From: Hormiphora californensis
Taxonomy: Eukaryota; Animalia; Ctenophora
Assembly: GCA_020137815.1 (NCBI GenBank)
Contig: CM035350.1
Coordinates: forward strand, 744,001 to 808,000
DNA length: 64,000 bases
Reading direction: 5' to 3'
The number at the start of each line of letters is the position of its first letter. The stretch's first letter is position 1. This document shows positions 1 to 12,418 of the stretch, in pieces. The position numbers and the translations under genes were made by a program. The notes under the pieces were generated by a model. It did not search any database and was not told the origin of the DNA. It saw only the letters and a program-made list of their open reading frames with translations.

Positions 1-84
1 ATCAATTTTACACCCATTTGTGGCAGGGAAACACCGCATTATGAATACATTTAAGCAATAATTCTTGTTTAGGTTACTAGTGTA

Positions 85-400
85 TTATGACTGGTCACGT
101 GATTCAGAACCAAGTAAGGTACCCGTTCTGGCCTCTGATTGGCTGTTGACTGCAGTCATGTGATGATCATTAACCTATGATATGACCATATATGGTTAAT
201 ATGTGGTTCACATGATACGTTTGTTCCGCCGTTATTGGTTCTGGACCAAGTGAGGCACCCGTTCTGGCCTCTGATCGGCTTCTGATTGCAGAGTGCAGGC
301 ACGGGATAACTCTGATTGGTTGTTCAGTGTTCACTGCAATCACGTGATGATCATGTGACCCATTCTATGACCATATATGGTCAACATATTGTTCACGTGA
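85..400. repeat. Degenerate intronic tandem duplication (about 140-190 bp units)
   Basis: ACCAAGT.AGG.ACCCGTTCTGGCCTCTGAT and TATGACCATATATGGT each occur twice. Confidence 0.6.
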
Positions 401-652
401 CCTAAAATACTGTACACAATATTGTATTTACACACTAACATTTGGAATTTGGATCAAAATTTGATTGAATTTGGGGTACCTACAGCATCTTAACAGTTAG
501 ATGTAACGCCTAAGTGTTAATTGAATCAGACAAGGGTAGTACCTAGAGAAATTTGGGAATTTTATACAGTTAGAGTCATGAGTGTCATACAGTTAGGTGT
601 TGAGCCCCCCCCGGTCTAACTGATGTTATTTGACCCCCACCCCCACTCCCAG

Positions 653-3600
653 ATATTGGATAACAACATGTACCAGGCCCCTGTGTACCAGCACTCCCTG
701 CCCCGTACTGACTTCATCCTGGCCCGTACCGCGGAGAGTTTCTACATCAGGATGACTGATGATATCTTCACTGTGGGGCAGCAGTTCCCTAAGATGGTGG
801 TGCCAAGTCCAAACTCAAAACGGGCCAATCAGCACACACGAAACTTTCTACAGGTACAACAACTGCAGTGATACCCATTACCCAACTGAAACAACTGAAT
901 TACGTAGCAGCAAATTACATGTTTTTTGTAACAAGTTTGTAACAAGTTGAACAACTGTTGTGTGGATCAGGGAGTAACCCGTAACCGGCCCTGTCATGGT
1001 GATCAGCTCATCCAGAGAAGTAAATAATTGGTTTTTATACTATCAATTACCCTCCCTCCCCCAGGTGTTCATATACCGGTTGTTTCTAGAGAGCACGGAT
1101 AGTCCTAAGCGTATCAAAATGGACAGCATCAAAGCAGCGTTCCCCGCATACTCAGAAAGTAGTATTCGGAAGAGGCTGAAGAATTGTGCGGACTTCAATA
1201 GGACGGGAAAGAAAGGTAATCTGAACTACATAATGGTATAAGCTACCTGTGGTTCAAATGAGTTGACAATTGTTCGAACATATAATCAACAATGGTGGGG
1301 TAATGAAAATAGTACTATAAATAGTGTTGAAAAGCATTGTATTATATTAGTTAAACTGTTTTCGCAACGACTTTGTTCGCATTAGATTTGCCACACCTTG
1401 GCGTCTTCTCTTCGAATAATGAATATTATTAAACTACTATGGTTATTTTTGGGGAGATCACCCCCATAACTGATATATGAGAACTCTCAGCTGGGATTAT
1501 TAAAACCTTGTTCAGGTAGTGATTGTGGGTGGTGGGTGTTGAAAAAGGAGTTCCGCCTGCCGAGTGAGGATGAGATTAGGAAGCTTGTTATTCCTGAGGA
1601 GTGTTGCGCCTTCTACAGTATGCAGTATGCAGAACAAAGACTAAAGGTATGGCCAGACGTGTTACTAATACCAGTAATTTATCAATGTATTTTTCAGAAG
1701 TTTTAAAGGCGAACCCAATCTTTAGACTTTAAAATCTCCTTCTCTCACCTAAACCCTAAAAACAACTATCTATGTAGCATGTTACTTGCCCCGTTGATGA
1801 GAGGTTTAACCATTATATTAACATTATATTAACAATCCTAGGATGCAGGGTACGGTAAGATGATCCGCAACCTGAGTGATGATGATGATGAAGATGACTC
1901 TGAAAAGATATTAGATGATGAAGTGAGGATAGCACCTTGGACCCTGACCCGGGCATTTACTAACGCTTTACATGGTATATCTTGGGATGTTTATAGTAAT
2001 CATTGGTCTAGGATTGGTGCACCGTGCAGCTAAGTGGGTCGCTGGGTTCGTGTTCTGCTTAAGGGTACGCTAACCAAAATGTTTTTTCGAGTGCAGGGAA
2101 ATCTCTCACCGTAGGGTTGTAGGCCATGCCAAGGAGACCTCAAATATGCAATTTGAGCTCTCAAGTCGAATTCATATTTTTGCTACAGCTGCTTGAAAAA
2201 TGAACTGAAAATAAGTTTTTGGCATCTTAAAAATACATTTGTAAAGATAGGATCATAAAAATTTGTGGATTTGAAGAGGACAAAGAGGTGAGTAGCCACA
2301 AAAATTTTTTTGAAATCCGAGCTGATTTCCGGTCCTGAGGTGGATTTCTTTTTTTCCACTTTAACGCCCTATTTGGCAAAGTTCCGAAAACATGTGAAAG
2401 CTGTAAATTGGTGAAAAGTTGCGTCTAACGATTATCTAAGTGGCCATAAATTTTGGGCGTGTCCTTATTTGAGATAAGCTGTACAGAGTTTTTTTTGTGA
2501 AAGCCGTCATTTCAGAAATAAATAAATTCCCTGTATCTCAAAAACGGTTGATCGTAGAGACCTGAGACTATGCTTAAACGATTCAGAAGGTCCGATTTTG
2601 GGGGGGTCTTCTGAGATACATTTTGCTCCTACTTCAACCGTTTTTGCTGTAATTGCGAAAAACAAATTCTATGAAAAGGGCAAAAGCTAAACTCCAATAT
2701 CCTGTAATTAGGGAATTTTAGCTAAGAAAGGACCGAAACTATGGAAAAATGTTTAACAAGCTAATTCCTTCACTATTTGGTCCATATGGGTCCCTATAAT
2801 CATCAAAAACAAAATCACAAAAAATCCACGATGGCGAAGATGGGTTTTTGTTTTTCGCAATTACTAGCAAAAACGGTTGAAGTAGGAGCAAAATGTATCT
2901 CAGAAGACCCCCCCAAAATCGGACCTTCTGAATCGTTTAAGCATAGTCTCAGGTCTCTACGATCAACCGTTTTTGAGATACAGGGAATTTATTTATTTCT
3001 GAAATGACGGCTTTCACAAAAAAAACTCTGTACAGCTTATCTCAAATAAGGACACGCCCAAAATTTATGGCCACTTAGATAATCGTTAGACGCAACTTTT
3101 CACCAATTTACAGCTTTCACATGTTTTCGGAACTTTGCCAAATAGGGCGTTAAAGTGGAAAAAAAGAAATCCACCTCAGGACCGGAAATCAGCTCGGATT
3201 GCAAAAAGATTTTTTTGTGGTTATTCACCTTCATGTCCTCTTCAAATACCCAAATTTTCATGCTCTTATCTTTAAAAATTTTTTTTTGGGATGCCAAAAA
3301 CGTATTTTCAGTTCATTTTTCAAGCAGCTGTAGCAAAAATATGAATTCGACTTGAGAGCTCAAATTGCATATTTGAGGTCTCCTTGGCATGGCCTACAAC
3401 CCTACGGTGAGAGATTTCCCTGCACTCGAAAAAAAATTTTGGTTAGCGTACCCTTAAAGTTGGAGGGTTTATTAATTAAACATGCAACATATATTTATAA
3501 ACAGCTGGTATCCATGATGCAATTTTCTTTATTACTTCCCAACATGTACATGCATGTGATGGGTGGACCAAGATACTGGATTGCCCTAGATTATAACTGA

Positions 3601-6600
3601 TGGTTCTGCAGCTAGTGAATTCTAAGGAATCTCCCCTGACAACCACGCTTATTTCAGGGAAGTGTCAGCTAGAGATAAATGGTATAGCGGATCCCACAGG
3701 TGTGGGGGAGGGCTACTCCTACCTGAGAGTACCCAACAAACCAAGTGTCAAGAAGGACGCTAAGGAGAGTGCCAAGGAGCAAGCTGCCGTGGCTGCTTCA
3801 ACTGCAGCAGCTGCAGCCGCCGGTAAACCTAACGAACCTAAATCAAGTCGCCCTGTTATGGGTACTGACTCTGATTTGAGAAGGTTAACTCTAAAGAATG
3901 CCCGGGAGGTGCTGCGGAAGTTTAAGATCCCGGAAGAGAAGATCAATAGTCTGAGTAGATGGCATGTGATTGATCTGGTTAGGAAGCTGAGTACAGATGC
4001 TGCGAGGACTGGAGAGGCGGCGGGGATGGGGAAGTTTGCAAGGGGAGCCAAGTACTCTCTTATAGAACATCAGGAGAAATACAAAGAGGAGTGTCAGCGC
4101 ATATTTGACCTACAGATTCAGTGAGTTCAAATAGAAATGGAGTGATAAAATGATTTCAGGATATATATCTCACGTTTAAAAGCCTCTCATGATACATATT
4201 ATAATGTGATATAACATAATATTCACATCTAATATGTGCTATAACCCCGCCCTCCTTTCTACTCAGGGTACTGTCCTCAAAGGAGCAACTCAGTACAGAT
4301 GATGAGGAGTCGAGCGATGAAGAGGTATATATAGTGTGAATTATGTTGAATTTATACGTGACTAGCGCACCCATTGGGTGCGCCTCAAGTAAGGGATTTT
4401 TGATAACCCGCCCGGCTTCGCCGAGCGGTTCTTTTCGCCCCTTTCAACGGCAATAACACGGTTGCCATGGCAACTGAATTGGTAACTATGGGGACTGGCA
4501 TGTTAAAAGTCATTCGAAAATATTAACAAACTTCCACTGGAAGTTCCAAAAGTGTGAGCAACAGCTTTACAGCTTTGGGCATATAAAGTGTTTTATGAAG
4601 GAGCAGTCTGTCGCTTAGATACCGCCTAACGAACGACCATCACGACGTCGTTCATCTCCAAATTATAATAGAGACTAGAAAACCCGTTGAAGTAGAGCAC
4701 CCGTTGACCCGAATCCCCACCCCCTCACCCAGAATCACCCCTCTCACCCGCTGTACCAACCCGCACGTGCAGCCTTCAATCACTCGCTGCTTAGGGGCTA
4801 TGACACCTCCTTGGCAACCCCCCTCTATTTGCACGTGATGATACTACATCACTACCACGCCACTCATTTGTACTTTATAATAAGGATAGCGCACCCATTG
4901 GGTGCGCCTCAAGTAAGGGCTTTTTGATAACCCACCCGGCTTCGCCGGGTGGTTCTTTTCGCCCCCTTCAACGTCAATAAAACGGTTGCCATGGCAACTG
5001 AATTGGTAACTATGGGGACTGGCATGTTAAAAGTTATTTGAAAATAATGACAAACTTTCACTGGAAGTTCCAAAAGTGTGAGTAACAGCTTTACAGCTTT
5101 GGTCACATAAAGTGTTTTATGAAGGAGCAGTCTGTCGCTTAGATACCGCCTAACGAACGACTTCGACTTCGACGTTCATCTCCAAATTATAATAGAGATG
5201 GTACATGTAATATGCATATGTGTGCTTTTACGTGCATTAAACAATCTAACCCAGCTCACACCTAAATTAATTCAATATTTAATATTTAATATTTAACATT
5301 GAATTATTCAACTGACGTCAAACAAAGACACGTAAAAGGCTCATTAGAGATTGAAAATATCGTTTTTCAACAAGGTCCGGTGACCATTTAAACTAAACGA
5401 AGCATAATGCAAGCAGATAGTTTTCTGTTGGTTGTCAATACACTTTTTTCATTTTTGACGTGCACCTCCTATAATATGTCAATATATAATATCCCTGTTT
5501 ATCATGTGACGTGGTTGTCATGGTTATCTCTCCTCACACTAGGTCAACATGGTTATCACTCTCTAGGTCAATAATATATGTTAATCATGTGACTCCCCAC
5601 TCTAGGTCAATATAGACGAGCTAGGTAAGGACCTTGAGAGTATGCTCAGTAAAAAGAAGACGATTGAACAGATCACACAAGAGAAGGAGGAAGCAGAGAG
5701 GAGGGATCTTCAGAAACTGTTAGCCCAGGAATCCTCAACATCTTCCCCGACACCCTCCTCCTCTGCCTCCCAACAGAAGGAGCAACAGGAGAAGGAGGCG
5801 GTACCGACTACAGGGAGAAGGCTGGTGATCAGGAGGAAGTTCAGTACTGAAACAGGGTACTATTATCGGGAGGAGGTGATATCGAGACAAGAAGTTATTG
5901 ATGCATATCTAAAGATAAACGAGACTGCTGACAAAACCAACAAGAGGTAAGTCAGCAGTTCCTATACTATTCGATGTTGATTGATTTTAGATCACGCGTT
6001 AGTACAGCGGTTACTATTTATGACGTCACGTCGTATCTGGATTCTAGACCAGGGGACAGTTTCTAAATGTATTACAGGTACTTGATTGATAATTTGGATG
6101 AGGAGCAGAAGGATGAAGTTAGAAAGGAGAGGAGGAGAATCCAGGAACAGCTTAGGAGACTCAACAGAGCACAGGGTATAATTCCAGTTATTATACTTTT
6201 ATCCGACATAGTATCAGTTGTAGAGCTGTTAGCTGCCCCCACCCTATACTAACTCCCGACCTGTCTTTTAAGTTATACAGTACCCATGTGTAGCTCAAAT
6301 CCCATTTCCCCCTGTAATTAGAGAGAGATAGAATGAATGAGAAGAAGCTAAAGAAAGCAGTGAAAGAGAAGGCACCAATTAACATGAAGTGTGGGGCTTG
6401 TGGTGAAACTGGACACATGAAGACTAACAAACACTGCCGGTTAGTTAACTAGTTACTACAGATCACTCTGTGACGCGTTAGTAAGGCTGGAACGTATCTA
6501 TAACTTAGTCTTATCTCCAAATTGGTATTGTGGAGGATTATGAGTCATATAAGATGGTTCTTAGTCACAATTTCTGACTAAGAACCATCTTATAATTGCT

Positions 6601-9171
6601 ATCAATTACCCAATACTTCATTTCAGGTTGTATGGTAAAACAGGGCCTGTCACAGAGGACCAGATTATCGAAGACGAGCTATCGAATGCGTTCAATGAGC
6701 AGACATCAGGTAAGTCGATTGATTCTATGGATGAAGCACGACGCATGGCGTTTTAGCTTTTTTAGCCAGCTTAAATTTAAAGCTGTCCAGTCCTGTTTAG
6801 TTAAAGTGACAGATGACATCATTTTAAGTGCCTTTTAGAAGAAAAAATGTTTTCTGACACCTCTTGAACTTGGATATACCGGCAATATCTCTGTTCTAGT
6901 CGACTACCACTAATGGTAGTAGAACAGCATGTCTAGAGGCATCAAGTAGCTCTTTATCTAGCTGGCAGTCTCCCCAGCTGTGACAGATCATAAGACCCCC
7001 TCCCCTGCCGGCTCCCTATCTTCATGACTACCCCCCCCCCCTCCCGGCTCCCTATTACCAGACCTTCATGACTAACCAGTAACCACTCCGGCGTCCCTTT
7101 ACCAGGTATGGTTAAAGTTGAGGACACCAAGATTAGGATAGGACGAGCCTTCCTGGCGAAGGTGGATGAGGTACAGAAAGCAGCACAACAGAAGCAAGTC
7201 CAACAGAAGAGACAACTAGAGATAGAGGAGGAGAAGATAGCATGAAGAGAGGTTGCTGAGAAAGAAGAAGAGAATAATGGAGAAGGCAGATAGGAAGTTA
7301 GCTCTAAAAACAGCCAAAACTTTGAAGGTACCATGAATGCACACCTGTATAATTATTCGGAGTAACACCTCCATACAATTATAGTAGAGAGAGAAAGAGG
7401 CACTAATGACTACTAACACACCTGTCCCAGGTACAGGAGGACCTGGACTATCTAGAACCTAAAGTAAGGGGGAAGTAACCGGGCACGTGTACACCCTGAA
7501 GTGGAGCTGAGAAGCTTCTTTGAGGAAGCTGATAGTTCAAACTTAAGGATATACCCAGGGTATGTTGTTAGATCAGAGTGGTGAGTGTTAATGCAATATG
7601 TTATAGGCATTATAATTGATAGTGCTAATGGTGGTGTTGGTAGATAGTTTTGGGGTTCTCAGAATGTGATGATCACGTCGTCTAGCTACAGCTATACTGG
7701 TAACTGGTAGCTGAAAGGGAGCTGAAATATATTCTATTGTTAGATTGCACAATGGTGCTTGATGTGGTAACTGAGCTTTTATCATGTCTAGTTAAAAAAT
7801 AGACAACATTATATGTGCTACCATTTAGCAGAGACATACCAAGAAGCCATTTAGCTAACTGATATTATATCAATCGTATAATATTTGACCATTTCTTTTC
7901 AAAATCAAGGCTTTCTTTTCACTTTCTGTCCATCTTTTTCTTTCTGGTAAATTCCTTATCACAGTTTTTGTGCTTAACATCCACCCCTCAAAACCCGTCC
8001 TCAAATTATATTCCTAAAATATTCCTCAAATACTCTGGAAAGTTGTAATCAACTAAAACCACATTCCCTATAGACGGGAGCCTTCCACAAGCCTGTGAGT
8101 GCCCGGGAGATACCTGACTACTACACACACATCAGTACCCCCATGGATCTACAAACTATGAAAAATCATTGCTCCAATAACTTCTACCAATCGAGGTAGT
8201 GATTGACAAATTATAGCTGTTCTATAAAGTACCTCTCTCGAGCTACGGTATCTCCTAATACATCTCTCTCATAGAATGTTTTTTATAAATACCACATAAA
8301 AGCTACCCCAACTAATATCGTAGGGTTGACTTTCTGGATTACTTCCCCGCTACCCCCAACTAATATCTTAGGGTTGACTTTCTGGAGCACCTTGAGCAGA
8401 TTGTGACAAATAGCACAATATATAACGGGAAACAGAGCGAGTATACCAGAGCAGCTGAGAGCATGTTGGATTTGGCGATGGGAGACTTCGAACAACAACA
8501 AGATAGACTCCAGTCTCTGGAGGAGAAAATCAATCCTGCTGCTAACAAAAGCACCCAGGTAAATATCATATTGTGCAACTGTTCGAATAAAATATACTAC
8601 TTAAGTAGTTGCCTAGATTAATTAAAATAAACAATAGTTTAAAAAGTAGGGACATGTAAAAAGTAGAGACATGTGTAATAAGATGATGTGAGCCAAGATT
8701 GAGAGCTAGCTGTGTTAACAATCACATGATTGGGGGGGGGGGGTTGGAGCCGTGTGCAACAACATGATACCTGTCTCTCATAACAATCAAATCGAATATT
8801 ATGGGAGTAGGGTGGGAGTTCAATAATAGCGACATATAGTTGCAATATTATAGGTGCATTTAATCTAATATTCGGAATATGGTATGTGGAATAATAGAGA
8901 TCATGAGTGCATGATGAGATATCTTATTGAGTGGGCGGGCTAATGCACACTCCAAACTACTGACAACAGTTGCCTAATTACAGCAGGTCACCTTGGCAAC
9001 TAACTCGTAAATTTCATATCAAGCTCAATTAACAGATCATAGAGTTTCCTCTCATTTCGTTCAATAAAAGCAAAGTTATAATCAAAGATAGAGAGAATAA
9101 TACAGAGATGATCTAGGTTTAATCACGCGACTCACTGCATCAACTACTCTCTCTATCTATCTCTCTCTCTA

Positions 9172-9260
<89 letters not shown>

Positions 9261-10232
9261 CAACGTGAAAAAAAGGGAAAAGAAAACAGGGTGTATTAAA
9301 AGGAAAACAACACTGAGAAAATAAAATGAGGTGTTCATGGGAAAGGAAGCAGTCCCCAGTCCACGGACTGCTTCCTTTCCCATGAACACCTCATTTTATT
9401 TTCTCAGTGTTGTTTTCCTTTTAATACACCCTGTTTTCTTTTCCCTTTTTTCACGTTGTTTTTCAGCTAGATTGAGCTGCTTTGTGTGTTCCTATTTTTC
9501 AAGTGTGTTTTTTACATGTGTAATTTTGATCTGATTTTTGTTTCATTATGTTTTCGTACACCGCACTTTTCGTACCCCACCCTACTGTGTTTTTCCTTCC
9601 CTTTTTTTACAGTCCCTCCACCCTTAGTATTTTGTATCCCTTGTTACTGTATTGTTCTCATTATGCGATCTAACCCAGACACCCCCTTTCGCTTGGGGAG
9701 GGCCTGGAGTGAGTGGGTCGCCCGGTCTGATCGAACTACCTAGTCAATTGACCATTTCGTTCATACCGGGCGTACTCGTTTGCCCTGGGTGCTCCCCTTG
9801 AGAAGGATGGGACCTCTTTTCCCCTCTAGCTCTAACCGTAACACCCACGCCCCTTTCTCTTGGGGAGGGCCTGGGGTGAGCGGGTCGCCCGGTCGGATCG
9901 ACTCGTCTTTCTTGCCGGGCGTTACTCATTTGCCCCGGGTGCTCCCCTCGGGATGAGGTGGCACCTACTTCCCTTCTAGCGTATCCCACTTTAGATCCTT
10001 TCAACGTTCCTGTCCTGTTTTCCTCCACACATATCCATCCTCCAGCTCCATACTCCTGCGGAACTATATTCCCCACAAGCCTGTGGATTTTCGAGAAACT
10101 GTTTTTAGTGCCTTTTGTTTTTAGTGTGTTTAGCGATTTTCCTCGCACGGGGACGGACTAAATTACGGACTGTTTTATAGTGTGTTTTCCATTATTTTGT
10201 TCAATTTTAAATTTTTTCAATCAATCAATCAA

Positions 10233-10271
<39 letters not shown>

Positions 10272-11923
10272 TCTTTTTTTACTGCAATGGGTTATTATTA
10301 TTATTAATGGTCAACTCACCAAGCTAAGAACTATTTGTGCTAGTAACATAGTTACATAGTTCAAAGTTTTATACGTCAAATGATACTTCTCCACCCAACT
10401 TTACTAGTATAATTTCTATTTTCTACTGAACTCTAATTCAAGGAAATCACTTTATCTGTACTTCAAACTCTGCAGAACACTACAGCTAGTAGCACTCCCC
10501 CCCCCCCCCCCCCCCCCCCCCGACTACTAATCTCCCCTCTCAGACTATAACTAATCTCCCCCTTCAGAATCAATTTAATCTGATACTGATAGCAAGCATG
10601 GAAGCGATGGTAAAGGTCAGCCACTCCCAGGCATTTCATATCCCTGTCAATGCCAAGGTTGCACCAGACTACTATCAGGTAACTACTATAAAAGGGGATG
10701 GTACATTCCCAGGCATTTCATATCCCTGTCAATGCCAAGGTTGCCCCAGACTACTATCAGGTAACTACTATAAAAGGGGATGATAAAGAGAAGGGAGCCG
10801 GTCTCTTTAAAGCGGGGGGATCTGTCTTATCAAGAGAAGGGAGGGTCCCCTTTAAAGCGGGGGGATCTGTATTATCAAGAGAAGGGTCTGTTTAACTAGA
10901 TATCAAGGGGGCACTTTAGCCATATCAGGGGCAGGGGTTAGGTTGTTATATACTGTGTCGGGGAGCCCTGTCATACAGTCAGTCGACTGGGGGACCGGGA
11001 GTAATTTATTTCATCTACCATCAAACCACTATTCAGTTGAGATTTTAATTATATTGAGATTGAAGAGATTTAAAACTAAATTATTTCAGGTTATCTCCAC
11101 GCCCATGGATATCAGCACACTGAAGAAGAATATAGAGAAGAACAAGTACAAATGTAGTTCTGAGTTCCTCAAGGATGTCATACTGATCTATGAGAACAGT
11201 CAGCAGTATAACGGTACGAATTTAATCTACAAACTAACATTTCTTTGCCTACGTCATTCCGGTATAAAGCTGTCATAATTTTAGTTTAACATCTTACTGT
11301 CAACGAGGGGGCACTGAGATAGTGGTCTGTCAAAAAATAAATCCCGTGACGTGGTATGGCTCGGTGCGATAAAAACCTTCATGGTGGCGTGTACTATGGG
11401 TGACAGAACCCCACATCTAGTAGACGTGGGTGGTTATGTGACGGTAGTTTTCCTTGACCACTGGGGCTTGAGTAATAGCAAATAATATTTAACTAAAAAA
11501 ATCGTAGTAACTAATCCTATTTCAGGAGCGGAGTCTCCCTACACAAAGAAGGCAGAAGAGTTGTTACAGAGGGCCAGGGAGGTGTTGGTTGAGAACAGGG
11601 ATGTACTAGCAGAGTACGAGACCCTGCTGAGGTCAGAGGATGAGCCAGGGTCACCCTCCCAGCCCAGCCCGGAGAGTTTGTACAGTAGGGGTGTAGAGGA
11701 GGATGATTTGTATGGCAGGGGAGGGGGTGGAGCTGATGAGGATGAGGATGAGATGAGTGATGGGCTGAGTGAGACTGACTTTGTGGTGGGTAGTAGTGGA
11801 GGGGTGGCTGGGGAGGAGGGGAAGACAAGGCTGGATAGTTTGGATGCTAGCAACGCATTGTTTGAGGAGGCTGGGCACACACTATATGAGGACTTGTTAG
11901 ATAGTGAGGATGAAAGCGATTGA
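653..11923 (+). CDS. TAF1: Transcription initiation factor TFIID subunit 1, 3' portion (5' end lies upstream of the window)
   Basis: Exons about 653-853, 1065-1215, 1516-1646, 1842-1974, 3658-4120, 4267-4324, 5606-5946, 6078-6175, 6322-6439, 6627-6709, 7106-7327, 7431-7559, 8074-8195, 8372-8558, 10568-10678, 11090-11213, 11526-11923, all GT-AG. Contains central-domain motifs ([32 protein letters not shown]), zinc knuckle [17 protein letters not shown], tandem bromodomains (FHKPV..PDYY..PMDL; FHIPV..PDYY..PMDI) and an acidic tail. Apparent frameshifts at about 7240-7550 are probably sequence errors. Confidence 0.96.
2063..3453. mobile_element. Non-autonomous Kolobok-like DNA transposon with ~600-bp terminal inverted repeats
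   Basis: TTAA|GGGTACGCTAACCAAAAT...ATTTTGGTTAGCGTACCC|TTAA. Arms are about 2063-2667 and 2846-3453. A TTAA TSD with RR..YY termini fits Kolobok rather than piggyBac (CCC..GGG). No transposase ORF. Confidence 0.8.
4362..5198 (-). mobile_element. Head-to-tail composite of non-autonomous Helitrons (A 5198-4887, B 4886-4675, A 4674-4362)
   Basis: On the - strand each unit starts with TC (TCTCTATTATAA or TCCTTATTATAA) and ends CTAG (one A copy ends CTA). A has 3' hairpins GCGCACCCAATGGGTGCGC and CCCGGCGAAGCCGGG. The composite sits at an A^T site with no TSD. Confidence 0.8.
9253..10232 (+). mobile_element. Unclassified retroelement-like insertion in a (CT)n microsatellite, with a terminal 103-bp foldback
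   Basis: Flanked on both sides by (CT)n. Near-perfect inverted repeat 9253-9355/9365-9466, two ~170-bp internal GC-rich direct repeats, and an (AATC)n tail at about 10218-10232. Confidence 0.6.
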
Positions 11924-12418
11924 ATTATAACATGGTCTGCACATTAGAGCCCGGCTGCATTAACTTAGTGAGGCTGTAGTGGAGCTCCTGAATATTAATG
12001 AACAGGATTCATTTAGAACTGACTACCCTACGTCAAGGAAGGACAATGCTTGTTTTGGTCAAACAGAGGAGAGGTGAGATAGGGCCGAGCGAGACAAGGA
12101 CTATGTGTGGCTTCTCGCTCCCTCTCTTTAAGAAAACAAAGGGGTGTGTTATCGTTGTTTTTTATCTAAAAAGGTTTGATTAACTAACTACGGTTATACC
12201 ATTTTGGGAACATTTTTGCAGAAGACCAGACAATGGCATGAACTTCAATTGTTGTCAATGTATGAACTGAAATAATGGAAATTTTAACTTATTTTTTTGG
12301 GTAGCCTTGTTTCTTTCCCTTATTCATACCCCTTCTATCCACCCAATTATCCGCTAGATAATATGTTCCTATTACCCTTACCGCCCATCTCCCCCTAGAA
12401 GGCGAATGTCACCTGTGA

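Noticed and set aside
2063-3453. piggyBac assignment and the short ORFs within
   Set aside because: Termini are GGG..CCC rather than CCC..GGG, and the ORFs are chance frames in palindromic arms.
7230-7560. Frameshifts and stops in TAF1 exons (pseudogene or programmed frameshifting)
   Set aside because: Several single-base indels cluster in an otherwise intact essential gene, and the window has other noisy tracts, so sequence error is most likely.
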